From Myxococcales bacterium (GTDB taxonomy: Bacteria; Myxococcota_A; UBA9042; JABWCM01; BTVJ01), in contig BTVJ01000016.1 in assembly GCA_045863395.1 (NCBI GenBank), forward strand, positions 32,001 through 96,000: a stretch of 64,000 nt of DNA. The letters are read 5' to 3'. A model generated the notes under the pieces. That model made no database searches, had not been told where the DNA came from, and was given only the letters and a program-made list of their open reading frames with translations. Numbering within the stretch: position 1 is the stretch's first letter; each line of letters opens with the position of its first letter. Positions 9,363-18,344 of this stretch are shown here, piece after piece. A program made the position numbers and the translations under genes.

Positions 9363-9865
9363 GGGAGACGATGACAGACGGCTTCCCGCTGGAGGACGAG
9401 ATGCTGCGCTTCTGGCGTGCCCGATCCGACTATCTGGGGGTCCTCGGCCGACTCCACGGCGCGCGCGGCGAGACTGCCCGAGCCACCGACTGCCTCACTC
9501 GCCGCGCGGCCCTCGCTCACCATCTGAGAGACGCGGGGCGCCAGCTCGACGCCCTGGCCGGCCTCTCGGACGTCGCAATCGCCGCAGGTCGCCCGGGAGA
9601 CTCGCTCTGGGCATTGCAGCGTGCGGCCCCCTTGGCATCGGACGCCGGTGTCGACGAGCTGGCGGCCGCCCTCGGTCGGGCGCTGCCGGCGTGGGCTGGA
9701 GCCCTCCCAGCCCGGGAGGTCCTCGGTGCGCTGGGCGCGATCCTGGGCGACGCTCCAAGCGGCGCCCTCCGCGCGGCCCTTGCCGGCGCCCTGCGAGCGC
9801 TCGGTGATCCGGCTCGGGCAGCGGAGCTGGAGTCCCCACCACCTTCGGAGGTCGAGGCCCGATGA
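9359..9865 (+). CDS. Small TPR-like hypothetical protein
   Basis: 4-bp overlaps at both ends; helical repeat pattern (LGRLHGARGETARA..LAGLSDVAIAAGRPGDS). Confidence 0.6.
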   Translation: MRETMTDGFPLEDEMLRFWRARSDYLGVLGRLHGARGETARATDCLTRRAALAHHLRDAGRQLDALAGLSDVAIAAGRPGDSLWALQRAAPLASDAGVDELAAALGRALPAWAGALPAREVLGALGAILGDAPSGALRAALAGALRALGDPARAAELESPPPSEVEAR

Positions 9866-11745
9866 GCACCACACTGACTCCCGCCGAGCGATACTCCATC
9901 GGGCTCAGCGTCCTCCTCAACATGGGCTCGCTGACCACCTTGAGCCGCGAGTCTGGGCTGTCGCTCCGGCAGCTCCAGGAGCTGCGGGACGACTTCCTCG
10001 CCGCAGCGCGCCGCGGCCTGGAGGGCGGGGATGGGCCAGCGACCGCCCTGCCCGTGGAGCTGGCGCTCCACGAGCTCCGCCTGGCGGGCGACTTCGAGGC
10101 GGTGGGCGACGCGGAGGCGGCGGGCGCGGCCTTCCAGCGCGCCATCGCCCTCGACCCGGGGAGCGGCCTCGCGCGCAAGGCCTGGGGCATCCACCTCTTC
10201 GGGCAGCGCCGCCTCGACGAGTCCCGGGGAGCCCTCGAGGCGGCCCTGGAGCGCCTCGGCGAGGACGGAGAGTGCGACTGCGTGCTCGCCATGGTGCACC
10301 GCCTGGAGGGGCGCGACAGGGAGGCGGAGCGCCTGCTCGCGCGAGGCACGCGGAGACCAGGGCTCCCCGACTACCTCCTCGGGCCGCTGGTCGATCTGCA
10401 CCTGGATCTCGGGCGCACCCAGGAGGCGCTGCTCTTCCTGGAGCGGGAGCGCGCCCTCCGGGATGGCGCGGGCGGGGCGCAGGCCGCCTATGCCCACGCG
10501 ACGCTCCTCAAGCGGCTCGGGCGCTTCGAGGAGGCCGCCGAGATCGCGGAGGGGGCAGTAGAGTCCAGTGGCGCCGTGCCGCTGGTCCTCCTGCTCGCAT
10601 CCCTGGAGGTGCTCTGCCTGGACCGGCCGGCTCGTGGCATCGCGCGGCTGCGCCAGCTCGTGGATGCGTGGCCCGCAGATCCGCTGCCGCGGCTCGTGCT
10701 GGGAGAGATGCTGCTGGCTACGGGGGCCCATGCCGAGGCGGAGCAGGAGCTGCTGCGGGTGCTCTACCGCGGGCCTGCCAACGGGCGCGCCATCCAGGCG
10801 ATCACCGACCTGTACCTGAGCGCCGGGAACGCTGAGAGGCTCCGCCACATCGGCGCGGAGCTGCGGAGGGAGGGCGAGGGGGTCTACGGGGGCCTGCTCA
10901 TCGCCCAGGCCCACGTGGCAGAGGGGCGCTTCGAGGACGCGCTCCGCGAGCTGACGGGCCTGCGAGAGCAGGTGCCGCACAACGTGGCGGTGCTCGTCCT
11001 CATCGCCCACGTGGCGTTCGAGACCGGCGACGAGGGGAGCGTAGGGTCCGTGCTGGGGGCGCTGGTCGACCAGCTCGCCCGGCGCCGCGGGCTCAGCCCC
11101 GAGGAAGAGCAGGCGGCGCTGTCCCTCTGCCGCTACCTGCGCCTCAACGGCCGCCCCGACGTCTCGCTCCGGGTCCTGGACGCCCTGCCGCGACCGGCCG
11201 CGGGCGCCCCCGGAGTCGAGGTGGAGCGTGGGCTCTGCCTGGCTGAAGCCGGCCGCACCGAGGAGGCCCTCGTCGCCCTGACGGCGGTGCAGCAGCGGGA
11301 GCCCTTCGACGGTATCCACGGCACACGCCTCGCCTACCACCTGCTCCACCACCACGGGGACGCCGAGCGGGCCCGCGCCGTGATCACGGCGACCCGGCGC
11401 CAGGCGCGCCCGAGCGAGGAGTTCGCCGTGAGCCTGTGCGCGACGTACCTCGCGCTTGGCTCGCTCCCCGAGGCGCTGGACGTGGTCCACGAGGCGTTTC
11501 TCGCCCGGAGCAAGGTCCCGGTGGTGACGACGGAGCTTCACCGCGCGGTGCAGGGGCACAGTGGCGACCTGACGACTCCCCAGCAGCTTGCCGCACACGT
11601 CGTGATGATGCTACGGGCCCGGTCTCCCGAGCGCGCGGCAGAGCACCTGGCCGCCGCGCGGCAGCTTGCCCGCACCGAGGCGGAGCGTTCCGTGTGCGAC
11701 CAGCTCTCGCGCGCGTCGCAGGTAGCCGAGGAGCGGGTGCCGTGA
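9862..11745 (+). CDS. Tetratricopeptide repeat protein with N-terminal HTH-like segment
   Basis: Multiple TPR units (AFQRAIALDPGSGLA, LLKRLGRFEEAA, AEGRFEDAL, AEAGRTEEAL); N-terminus SLTTLSRESGLSLRQLQELRDDF resembles an HTH. Confidence 0.8.
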   Translation: MSTTLTPAERYSIGLSVLLNMGSLTTLSRESGLSLRQLQELRDDFLAAARRGLEGGDGPATALPVELALHELRLAGDFEAVGDAEAAGAAFQRAIALDPGSGLARKAWGIHLFGQRRLDESRGALEAALERLGEDGECDCVLAMVHRLEGRDREAERLLARGTRRPGLPDYLLGPLVDLHLDLGRTQEALLFLERERALRDGAGGAQAAYAHATLLKRLGRFEEAAEIAEGAVESSGAVPLVLLLASLEVLCLDRPARGIARLRQLVDAWPADPLPRLVLGEMLLATGAHAEAEQELLRVLYRGPANGRAIQAITDLYLSAGNAERLRHIGAELRREGEGVYGGLLIAQAHVAEGRFEDALRELTGLREQVPHNVAVLVLIAHVAFETGDEGSVGSVLGALVDQLARRRGLSPEEEQAALSLCRYLRLNGRPDVSLRVLDALPRPAAGAPGVEVERGLCLAEAGRTEEALVALTAVQQREPFDGIHGTRLAYHLLHHHGDAERARAVITATRRQARPSEEFAVSLCATYLALGSLPEALDVVHEAFLARSKVPVVTTELHRAVQGHSGDLTTPQQLAAHVVMMLRARSPERAAEHLAAARQLARTEAERSVCDQLSRASQVAEERVP

Positions 11746-11784
11746 CCGCCTGTGCAGCGCCAACAACCCGAGAGGAGGACAGAC

Positions 11785-12018
11785 GTGAAGCGTGACCCGT
11801 CCCTGGTAGGGCTCTTGATGATCGTGGCCGGCCTGCTGGCGGGCCTGCTCCCCGCGACCGTGCTGGCCCAGGTGCCGGACACCGGGGCAGCCAACGCCCA
11901 GACGGCGATCATCCTGAATGGAGCAGGCAACGTGATCATCGGCGTCGGGCTCATCATCGTCGCCTTGGGGCAGCGTCGGCTCAGGGCGCGCATCGACCGG
12001 CTGGAAGCGGGGCGCTGA
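11785..12018 (+). CDS. Small hydrophobic protein (signal peptide/TM plus second TM)
   Basis: GAGGAGG RBS then GTG; 77 aa with two hydrophobic segments and a basic tail. Confidence 0.7.
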   Translation: MKRDPSLVGLLMIVAGLLAGLLPATVLAQVPDTGAANAQTAIILNGAGNVIIGVGLIIVALGQRRLRARIDRLEAGR

Positions 12019-12022
12019 CCCG

Positions 12023-14152
12023 GTGCAGCCCTACCACTCGCCCTACGAGCTGCTCCTCGACCAGATCGAGCGGGCCTTCCTGCTGACCGAGCGGGCCGTG
12101 CGCCAGCCGTGGACCGCCCCGGGTGGGCCGCGCCAGGCGCCCGCGTCGCTCCTGCGCCTCCTCGGCGCCGACCGGGTGGGGGACCCGACCGAGGAGCAGC
12201 AGCGAGTCGCGCGCATCGAGGGGGAGCTCGGCGACCTGCAGGACGTCACCACGGCGCGTCTCCAGGCAGCACGGCTCGCAGGCCCCTCCCTGCCCGCCAT
12301 CGTGCGGCACCTCGGGCTCGACGCCCTCCAGACGGACCTGCTGCTGCTCCTGCTGGCCTACGAGCTGGACGCGCGCTTCTTCGCACTCTACGCGCACCTC
12401 CAAGGAGAGCGGCGTCGTCACGGCGTGGACGCGGCGGTCCTCGCCGAGATCGTGTGCCCCACGCCGTGGCTCCGCGCGCGCCTCCTCGAGGAGATCTCGC
12501 CCCGGGGGACCCTGGTCGCCCACCGGCTCGTGGAGGTGATGCCCACGGACTCGCAGAGCCCGCCCCCCTTGGTCCTGACGCCGCTGCGGGTGCACCCGGC
12601 GGTGCTCGACTTCGTGATGGGGGCGCCCCCGGCCCCCGTCCCCTACCGGGTCATCGTGACGCCCACGCTCGGCCCGTCCGACCTGGTGCTGGGCGAGGGG
12701 GCGGCCGCTGCCCTGGAGAGCCTGCGCGGCCGCCTCGCCGCGTGGGACAGCGCCCCAGCCCTGCTCCTCCACGGCCCCGAGGGCACGGGGAAGCGCTCCT
12801 TCGTGGGCGCCCTCTGCAGGGACCTGGGCCTCGGCCTGTTCGAGCTGGACCTCGGGCGCGCCTCCCCGGAACCGGAGACCTTCGACGAGGAGGTGCGCCG
12901 CTGGCTCGTCGAGGGCACGCTCTACCGCGCCGTCTGCCTCGCGAGCCCCCTCGACGCGCTGATCGCCCCCGAGGGCGCGCCGGCGGACCCGCGGCTGCGC
13001 ATCCTCGCCCAGCATGTGGACGCGAGCGCGGGCCCCGTCGCCCTGTCGAGCCGCACGCCCTACCCGCTCCACCGGTGGTTCCGCCGCCCCACCTCCAGCG
13101 TGTCCCTCGGGCGCCCCACGGCGGCCATGCAGGAGTCCCTCTGGCGCGCCGAGCTGGGGAGAGCCGGCGCCTGGCTGCCCACGGAGCAGGTCCAGGAGCT
13201 GACCGTGCGCTACAACGTGTCAGGCGGAACCATCCGGGGCGCCATCGACCAGGCGGTGCGGTGGCGCGGCCCCCTCGCCGCGTCGGGGGCAGTGTTTGAC
13301 GTGGTGGAGCAGAGCCTGCGGCGCCACGTGGGGACGCGCCTGTCGGAGGTCGCCACCCGCGTCCAGGCGCTGGCCACGCGGGAGGACCTGATCACGTCGC
13401 CGGAGCTGATGGACCGCGTCGACGCGCTGCTGGCCCGAGTCCACCACCGGCACCAGGTCCTGGGCGCCCAGGGCATGGGCCGGCGCCTGCGCCTCGGGGC
13501 CGGCGTCACGGCCCTCTTCTGGGGCCCGCCCGGCACCGGCAAGTCCATGGTGGCCGGCGTCATCGCCCGCGAGCTGGGCTTCGAGCTCTACCAGGTCAAC
13601 CTGTCGGGCATCCTCTCCAAGTGGCTCGGCGAGACGGAGAAGAACCTGGCCCGCCTCTTCGACGAGGCGGAGACCGGCCACGTGATCACGCTCTTCGACG
13701 AGGCGGACAGCCTGTTTGCGACCCGCACCAGCGACGACTCGCCCCAGGGCCAGGCCAGCGTCCAGCGCATCAACTTCATCCTCACGCGCCTGGAGACCTT
13801 CCGGGGCTTCGCCATCCTGACCTCCAACCGGGAGCAGGCGGTGGACCCCGCCTTCAAGCGCCGCCTCAACGCCAGCGTGTACTTCCCCATCCCGGATCTG
13901 ACGGTGCGCGAGCGCATCTGGACCCACATGCTCGCGGGCCTGGGCGACGACCTCCCCGTGGAGCTGCTGGCCCGCTGCGAGCTCTCGGGCGGCTACATCA
14001 GGAACGCCGTGGCCACCGCCGCCTTCCTCGCAGCGCGCCGCGGCCAGCGGGTGAGCCCCCCCATCGTGCTCGCGGCGCTGCGCCAGACCCTCGACGACCT
14101 GGGCCACGTCGTCCCCATGTGGCTGATCGAGGCGGCGGCGGCGGACGCCTAA
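12023..14152 (+). CDS. AAA+ ATPase with tandem AAA domains, eCIS-associated (Afp15/Pvc15-like) architecture
   Basis: N-terminal [19 protein letters not shown] region; Walker A GPEGTGK and [32 protein letters not shown]; Walker [26 protein letters not shown]. Confidence 0.85.
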   Translation: MQPYHSPYELLLDQIERAFLLTERAVRQPWTAPGGPRQAPASLLRLLGADRVGDPTEEQQRVARIEGELGDLQDVTTARLQAARLAGPSLPAIVRHLGLDALQTDLLLLLLAYELDARFFALYAHLQGERRRHGVDAAVLAEIVCPTPWLRARLLEEISPRGTLVAHRLVEVMPTDSQSPPPLVLTPLRVHPAVLDFVMGAPPAPVPYRVIVTPTLGPSDLVLGEGAAAALESLRGRLAAWDSAPALLLHGPEGTGKRSFVGALCRDLGLGLFELDLGRASPEPETFDEEVRRWLVEGTLYRAVCLASPLDALIAPEGAPADPRLRILAQHVDASAGPVALSSRTPYPLHRWFRRPTSSVSLGRPTAAMQESLWRAELGRAGAWLPTEQVQELTVRYNVSGGTIRGAIDQAVRWRGPLAASGAVFDVVEQSLRRHVGTRLSEVATRVQALATREDLITSPELMDRVDALLARVHHRHQVLGAQGMGRRLRLGAGVTALFWGPPGTGKSMVAGVIARELGFELYQVNLSGILSKWLGETEKNLARLFDEAETGHVITLFDEADSLFATRTSDDSPQGQASVQRINFILTRLETFRGFAILTSNREQAVDPAFKRRLNASVYFPIPDLTVRERIWTHMLAGLGDDLPVELLARCELSGGYIRNAVATAAFLAARRGQRVSPPIVLAALRQTLDDLGHVVPMWLIEAAAADA

Positions 14153-14311
14153 GGGCCCGTGCAGTAATAACCTGATCCACCGAGGGCGCTGATGCGCCCC
14201 GCTGGGGGTTCGACGAGACCGCAGGCAGGGCCTTGTCCTTCCAAGGTCTCGGCGGGCCGCCAGCGGGGATGCAGCGGCGGCCGAATGGACAGGTTATTGC
14301 TGCACGGGCCC
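14153..14311. mobile_element. 159-bp non-autonomous MITE (IS5/PIF-Harbinger-like ends)
   Basis: 22-bp terminal inverted repeats GGGCCCGTGCAG(T/C)AATAACCTG at 14153-14174 and 14290-14311 (21/22 match); TAA direct repeats at 14150-14152 and 14312-14314; nested internal inverted repeats; no transposase. Confidence 0.8.
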
Positions 14312-14889
14312 TAATACAGCTTCGGCTCGTTACCCGGGCGCCACTTGATGTTGCACCCCAAGGAGGCGCGCTGCACCTCCAAGGGCGGCTCCCCTGCCAG
14401 GCAAGCGTCGATGGCTCGGGCAAGGTCCGCGCCCGTGACGGGGACCCCGTTGCTGGGGCGGGAGTCGTCGAGCTGGCCCCGGTAGACCAGGCGACGGCCC
14501 TGATCGAAGAGGAAGAAGTCCGGGGTGCAGGCGGCGTGGTAGGCGTGGGCCACGTCCTGGGTGTCATCGAAGAGGTACGGGAAGCGCCAGCCCTCCGCGC
14601 GCGCAAGCTCCGCCATGTGCTCCGGGCCGTCCTGGGGGTGTGTCTCGACGCTGTTCGCGTTGATGGCGACCACGGCGAGGCCGCGGTCCATGCGGTCATG
14701 GACCAGGCGCGCCAGGGTCTCGCGCACGTGGATCACGTACGGGCAGTGGTTGCAGATGAACATCACCAGCAGGGCCGGCGCGTCCATGAAGTCCGCCAGG
14801 GAGACCGTGCGGCCGGTGACCGTGTCGCGCAAGGTGAAGTCGGGCGCCGGAGTGCCGAGCGGGAGCATCGTCGATGGGGTGCGGGCCAT
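14311..14889 (-). CDS. Thioredoxin-fold AhpC/TSA family protein
   Basis: LGTPAPDFTL, FICNHCPYV (CxxC), ACTPDFFLFD, YRGQLDDSRP, SLGCNIKW. Confidence 0.9.
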   Translation of the reverse strand: MARTPSTMLPLGTPAPDFTLRDTVTGRTVSLADFMDAPALLVMFICNHCPYVIHVRETLARLVHDRMDRGLAVVAINANSVETHPQDGPEHMAELARAEGWRFPYLFDDTQDVAHAYHAACTPDFFLFDQGRRLVYRGQLDDSRPSNGVPVTGADLARAIDACLAGEPPLEVQRASLGCNIKWRPGNEPKLY

Positions 14890-15075
14890 GGGGTCCTCCA
14901 AGTCATGGTCAAGGAGCGCCGTCGCGGCGCTGGCGGGCTCGCCGACGTTACACTGGGGCGCACCCCCGCCGCTTGCCTTGCCCGCCGGTTCCCTTGCACG
15001 GCGGACCATACCACACGTTCGGGACCCCGCCAGCCCCCGGACGGCTCGCGACGCTCTCGGCCCACCGCGCAGGCG

Positions 15076-15936
15076 TCACCCCAGCACCCGCGGCCCCTTG
15101 AGGCGCCCCGCCACGTACCCGACCCTCTGGAGGGTGCGCACCAGCGGCGAGCATACGAGCGATGCGCCGTCGCGCGACAGCAGGCAGGCGGGCACGTCGC
15201 GAGCGACGTCCCGGACCACCCCCGCCAGCGTGCGCCCCACGCGGAGGGGGCGCTCTCCGGGCGGGAAGATGGCGGCGTCGGCCCGGCCCTCCTCGAAGAA
15301 GCGCTTCCAGGTCTCGCGCAGCGTGTAGTTGTGCGAGTGCTCCGCTGCGGCCCCAGGGACGTACCTGATGCGCAAGCCCCGCTGCTCGGCGTCCCGCGCC
15401 CACTCGAGGTCCTCGGAGTACTGGACCGCCTCGCTGAACGGGCGCTCCAACAGCACCGAGCGCCTGAACGCGCTCGCCGCCATGCTGAAGAAGGGGCGCC
15501 ACGGCGGAGGCTCCGCTCCAAAGGCTTGGGCGTAGTCGATGCGCACCAGCGTCGTCGCGTCGGCGCGAGGCACCTGCCGCCCGTAGACGGCGTCCGCCTC
15601 CCCCCCGCGCAGTGGCTCCGTCAGATCGGCGAGCCACCGCTGCCCGAGGGGCACGGTGTCGCTGTTGAGCATCACCAGCACGTCCGCCCGCGCCTCACGC
15701 ACACCCCAGTTCAGGACGCGCCCCGGGTTGTAACCACCCTCCGGGACGTCCAGGACCCGCGCACCCCGCTCCTCGAGCAGCTCCCGCGTCCCGTCCGTCG
15801 ATGCGTTGTCCAGGGCGATGAGGTCCCACGTGAGTCCCCGCTGGGCAGCGAGCCCGTCCAGGGTTCGCCGGATGATCGGCATGTCGTTGCGCGCGCGCAT
15901 CACGACCGTAGCCTGGACCTCAGAAGCCCGCTTCAT
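15076..15936 (-). CDS. Glycosyltransferase family 2 (rhamnosyltransferase-like)
   Basis: VVMRARN, DNASTDGT, LNSD, YGRQVP, YSEDLEW, HSHNY. Confidence 0.85.
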   Translation of the reverse strand: MKRASEVQATVVMRARNDMPIIRRTLDGLAAQRGLTWDLIALDNASTDGTRELLEERGARVLDVPEGGYNPGRVLNWGVREARADVLVMLNSDTVPLGQRWLADLTEPLRGGEADAVYGRQVPRADATTLVRIDYAQAFGAEPPPWRPFFSMAASAFRRSVLLERPFSEAVQYSEDLEWARDAEQRGLRIRYVPGAAAEHSHNYTLRETWKRFFEEGRADAAIFPPGERPLRVGRTLAGVVRDVARDVPACLLSRDGASLVCSPLVRTLQRVGYVAGRLKGPRVLG

Positions 15937-16008
15937 GCCTTGTCGCCTCCCTTCGAGGAGTCTACCATCCACACTCGCGCCGAGAGATGGTGGCGCAGAG
16001 GGTGGCCT

Positions 16009-17205
16009 GTGCGGATCCTGTTCGTCAACCGGTCGGCGCGCTTCCAGGGCGGAATCGAGGCGGACGTGCACGTCGCCGCCGGAGGCCTCGCTGCGCGCGG
16101 TCACGAGTGCCACCTCCTCGCCTTCGACGCCGACGTGGACCCGACGTACACCGCGCCCTTCGCCTCCGCGCACATCGCCCCGTCCGACGAGGCCCGCGCC
16201 CTGGCGGCGCGGGTGGACGCCGTGGCGCCCTCACTGGTCTACCTGCACAAGGTCGAGGATGCGTCGGTCCTCGGGCTCCACGCCCTGATGGCCTCTCCGC
16301 GCCGCGTCCCGGTCGTCCGCTTCGTACACGACCACGATCTTCATTGCATGAGGCGGCACCGCTACCTGCCCATCACCTTGGACGTGTGCACCCGCCCCGC
16401 CGACCTGCTCGGCTGCCTCCGCTGCGGCGGCTTCTTCGAGCGGAGCCGCGAGGGCCTCCTCCCGCTCCGGTGGCGCCCCGTCACTGCGCGCCTGAAAGAC
16501 CTGGCCGCGACGCGCGCCCTCACGCGCGTGCTGGTCGCGAGCCGCTTCATGGCCGAGGAGCTGCGCAGAAACGACGTGCCCGAGCACCTGGTGCGCGTGG
16601 TCCCGCTCGGCGTCCCCGACGCCCCCGTCCCTCCACCTGCGACATCCCGGGGGCGCGTCGCCTTCGTCGGCCAGCTCCTGCGCACCAAGGGCGTGGACCA
16701 GCTCCTGCGCGCGCTGGCGGAGACCCCGTCGGAGACGACCCTGGACGTCGTCGGTGACGGCGCCCAGCAAGGAGAGCTCCGAGAGCTGGCGGAGCGGCTC
16801 GGCGTCGGCGGCCGCGTCGCCTGGCACGGCCGCCTCGACGCGGCCCAGGTCGCCCGGGTCCTCGCGTCAGCCGCCATCGTCGCGTTCCCCTCCCGCTGGC
16901 CGGAGCCCTTCGGCCTCGTCGGCCTGGAGGCCATGCGCGCGAGCCGCCCCGTGGTCGCCTTCGACGTCGGCGGAGTGCGCGAGTGGCTGGAGCATGGCCG
17001 GACGGGCCTCGTCGTCCCCGCGGGCGACGCCCTCGGCTTCGCGCGGGCCCTCCGCCGCCTGGTCCGGGATCCGGCTGGAGCGCACGCCATGGGGAACCTG
17101 GGCCGCGCGTCCTACGAGCGCACGTTCCACGTCGACCGGTATCTCGACCGACTGGAGCGCCACCTCGTCGAGGCGACCTTGGGCTCCGAGGATGGACCCG
17201 CGTGA
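16009..17205 (+). CDS. Glycosyltransferase family 4
   Basis: GTG start, RILFVN..GGIE; FVGQLLRTKGVD; PSRWPEPFGLVGLEAM. True gene is the 3' part of ORF 14233..17205. Confidence 0.9.
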   Translation: MRILFVNRSARFQGGIEADVHVAAGGLAARGHECHLLAFDADVDPTYTAPFASAHIAPSDEARALAARVDAVAPSLVYLHKVEDASVLGLHALMASPRRVPVVRFVHDHDLHCMRRHRYLPITLDVCTRPADLLGCLRCGGFFERSREGLLPLRWRPVTARLKDLAATRALTRVLVASRFMAEELRRNDVPEHLVRVVPLGVPDAPVPPPATSRGRVAFVGQLLRTKGVDQLLRALAETPSETTLDVVGDGAQQGELRELAERLGVGGRVAWHGRLDAAQVARVLASAAIVAFPSRWPEPFGLVGLEAMRASRPVVAFDVGGVREWLEHGRTGLVVPAGDALGFARALRRLVRDPAGAHAMGNLGRASYERTFHVDRYLDRLERHLVEATLGSEDGPA

Positions 17206-18344
17206 AGATCGCCACCACCGCCTTCGCCACGGACGCCGGGCGCTCGGGCCTGTCCGTGTACCTGCGGGAGCTCACCTCGGCCCTGCTCCACGAGCCCCAG
17301 GTCGAGCGAATCACCGTGTACGGCCCACCCGGCATCGACGCTCACCTCCCCGCCGGTCCCGGGGACCTGCGGGTGGTGGAGCTCCCATCGCTCCTGGACC
17401 GCCGCGCCGCCAACGTGCTCTGGCACCAGACGGGCCTCCTCGCCCGCCTCCTGCGCGACCGCCCTGACGTGGTGCACTTCCCCGTCGCCAACCGCAGGGC
17501 CGCCATCGTGCCGGCCATCCCCACGGTCGGGACGGTCCACGACCTGGGGGACCTGGCGGTCGCCAACAAGTACGGGTGGGGCCGGGAGCTCTACCTGACC
17601 CACGTGGTGCCGCGCGTGCTCCGCGGCCTCGACCGCCTCATCGCCATCAGCGGCAGCACCCGGGACGACCTGAGAGCGACCCTGCGGACGTGCCCGCCCA
17701 TCGACGTGGTGCACAACGGCATCGACCACGGGCGGTTCCGCGTCGTGCCCCAGGCCGAGGCGTGGCACCGGCTTCGAACAACCCTTGACCTGCCTGCTCC
17801 CTATGTGTTCTATGCTGCCCGCCTGGAGCACCCGGCGAAGAACCACGCGCGCCTGATCCGAGCGTTCGTCGCGGCCCGCGGCCGCGGCGTCCCCCATCGC
17901 CTGGTCCTGGCCGGCGCCGAGTGGCCGGGGGCCGGCCCGGTGCTGGAGCTGATGGAGCGGCACCGGGAGCATGTCGTGTGGCTCGGGTTCGTAGAGGCGG
18001 CGCAGCTCCCGCTGCTGTATGCAGGGGCGGACATGACCGTGTTCCCTTCACTCTACGAGGGCTTCGGTCTGCCGGTCCTCGAGTCAATGGCCTGCGGGAC
18101 GCCAGTGCTTGCGTCCAACGCCTCGTCCATCCCCGAGGTGGCGGGTGGTGCCGCGGCCCTCGTGGACGCGACCGACGAGGTGGCCCTCACCGACGCCCTT
18201 GTCGCGCTGCTCGGCGACGAGCGGAGGCGCGCGACGCTGAGGGCGTTGGGCCTGGAGCGCGCCGCGGCCCATAGCTGGCAGGCGACGGCCCGCTTGACGC
18301 TGGCGAGCTTCGAGGCTGCCAGGAGGGAGTCCCAGAGACCTTGA
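17202..18344 (+). CDS. Glycosyltransferase family 4
   Basis: TVHDL, KNHARLIRAF, FPSLYEGFGLPVLESMACGTPV; GTGA coupling. Confidence 0.9.
   Translation: MKIATTAFATDAGRSGLSVYLRELTSALLHEPQVERITVYGPPGIDAHLPAGPGDLRVVELPSLLDRRAANVLWHQTGLLARLLRDRPDVVHFPVANRRAAIVPAIPTVGTVHDLGDLAVANKYGWGRELYLTHVVPRVLRGLDRLIAISGSTRDDLRATLRTCPPIDVVHNGIDHGRFRVVPQAEAWHRLRTTLDLPAPYVFYAARLEHPAKNHARLIRAFVAARGRGVPHRLVLAGAEWPGAGPVLELMERHREHVVWLGFVEAAQLPLLYAGADMTVFPSLYEGFGLPVLESMACGTPVLASNASSIPEVAGGAAALVDATDEVALTDALVALLGDERRRATLRALGLERAAAHSWQATARLTLASFEAARRESQRP

Noticed and set aside
5493..14152. Complete eCIS or prophage
   Set aside because: No sheath, tube, spike, baseplate, capsid or integrase genes are recognisable in the window.
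14233..16008. Apparent 990-aa glycosyltransferase with a long N-terminal extension
   Set aside because: The extension overlaps two real minus-strand genes and the MITE; the GT4 begins at GTG 16009.
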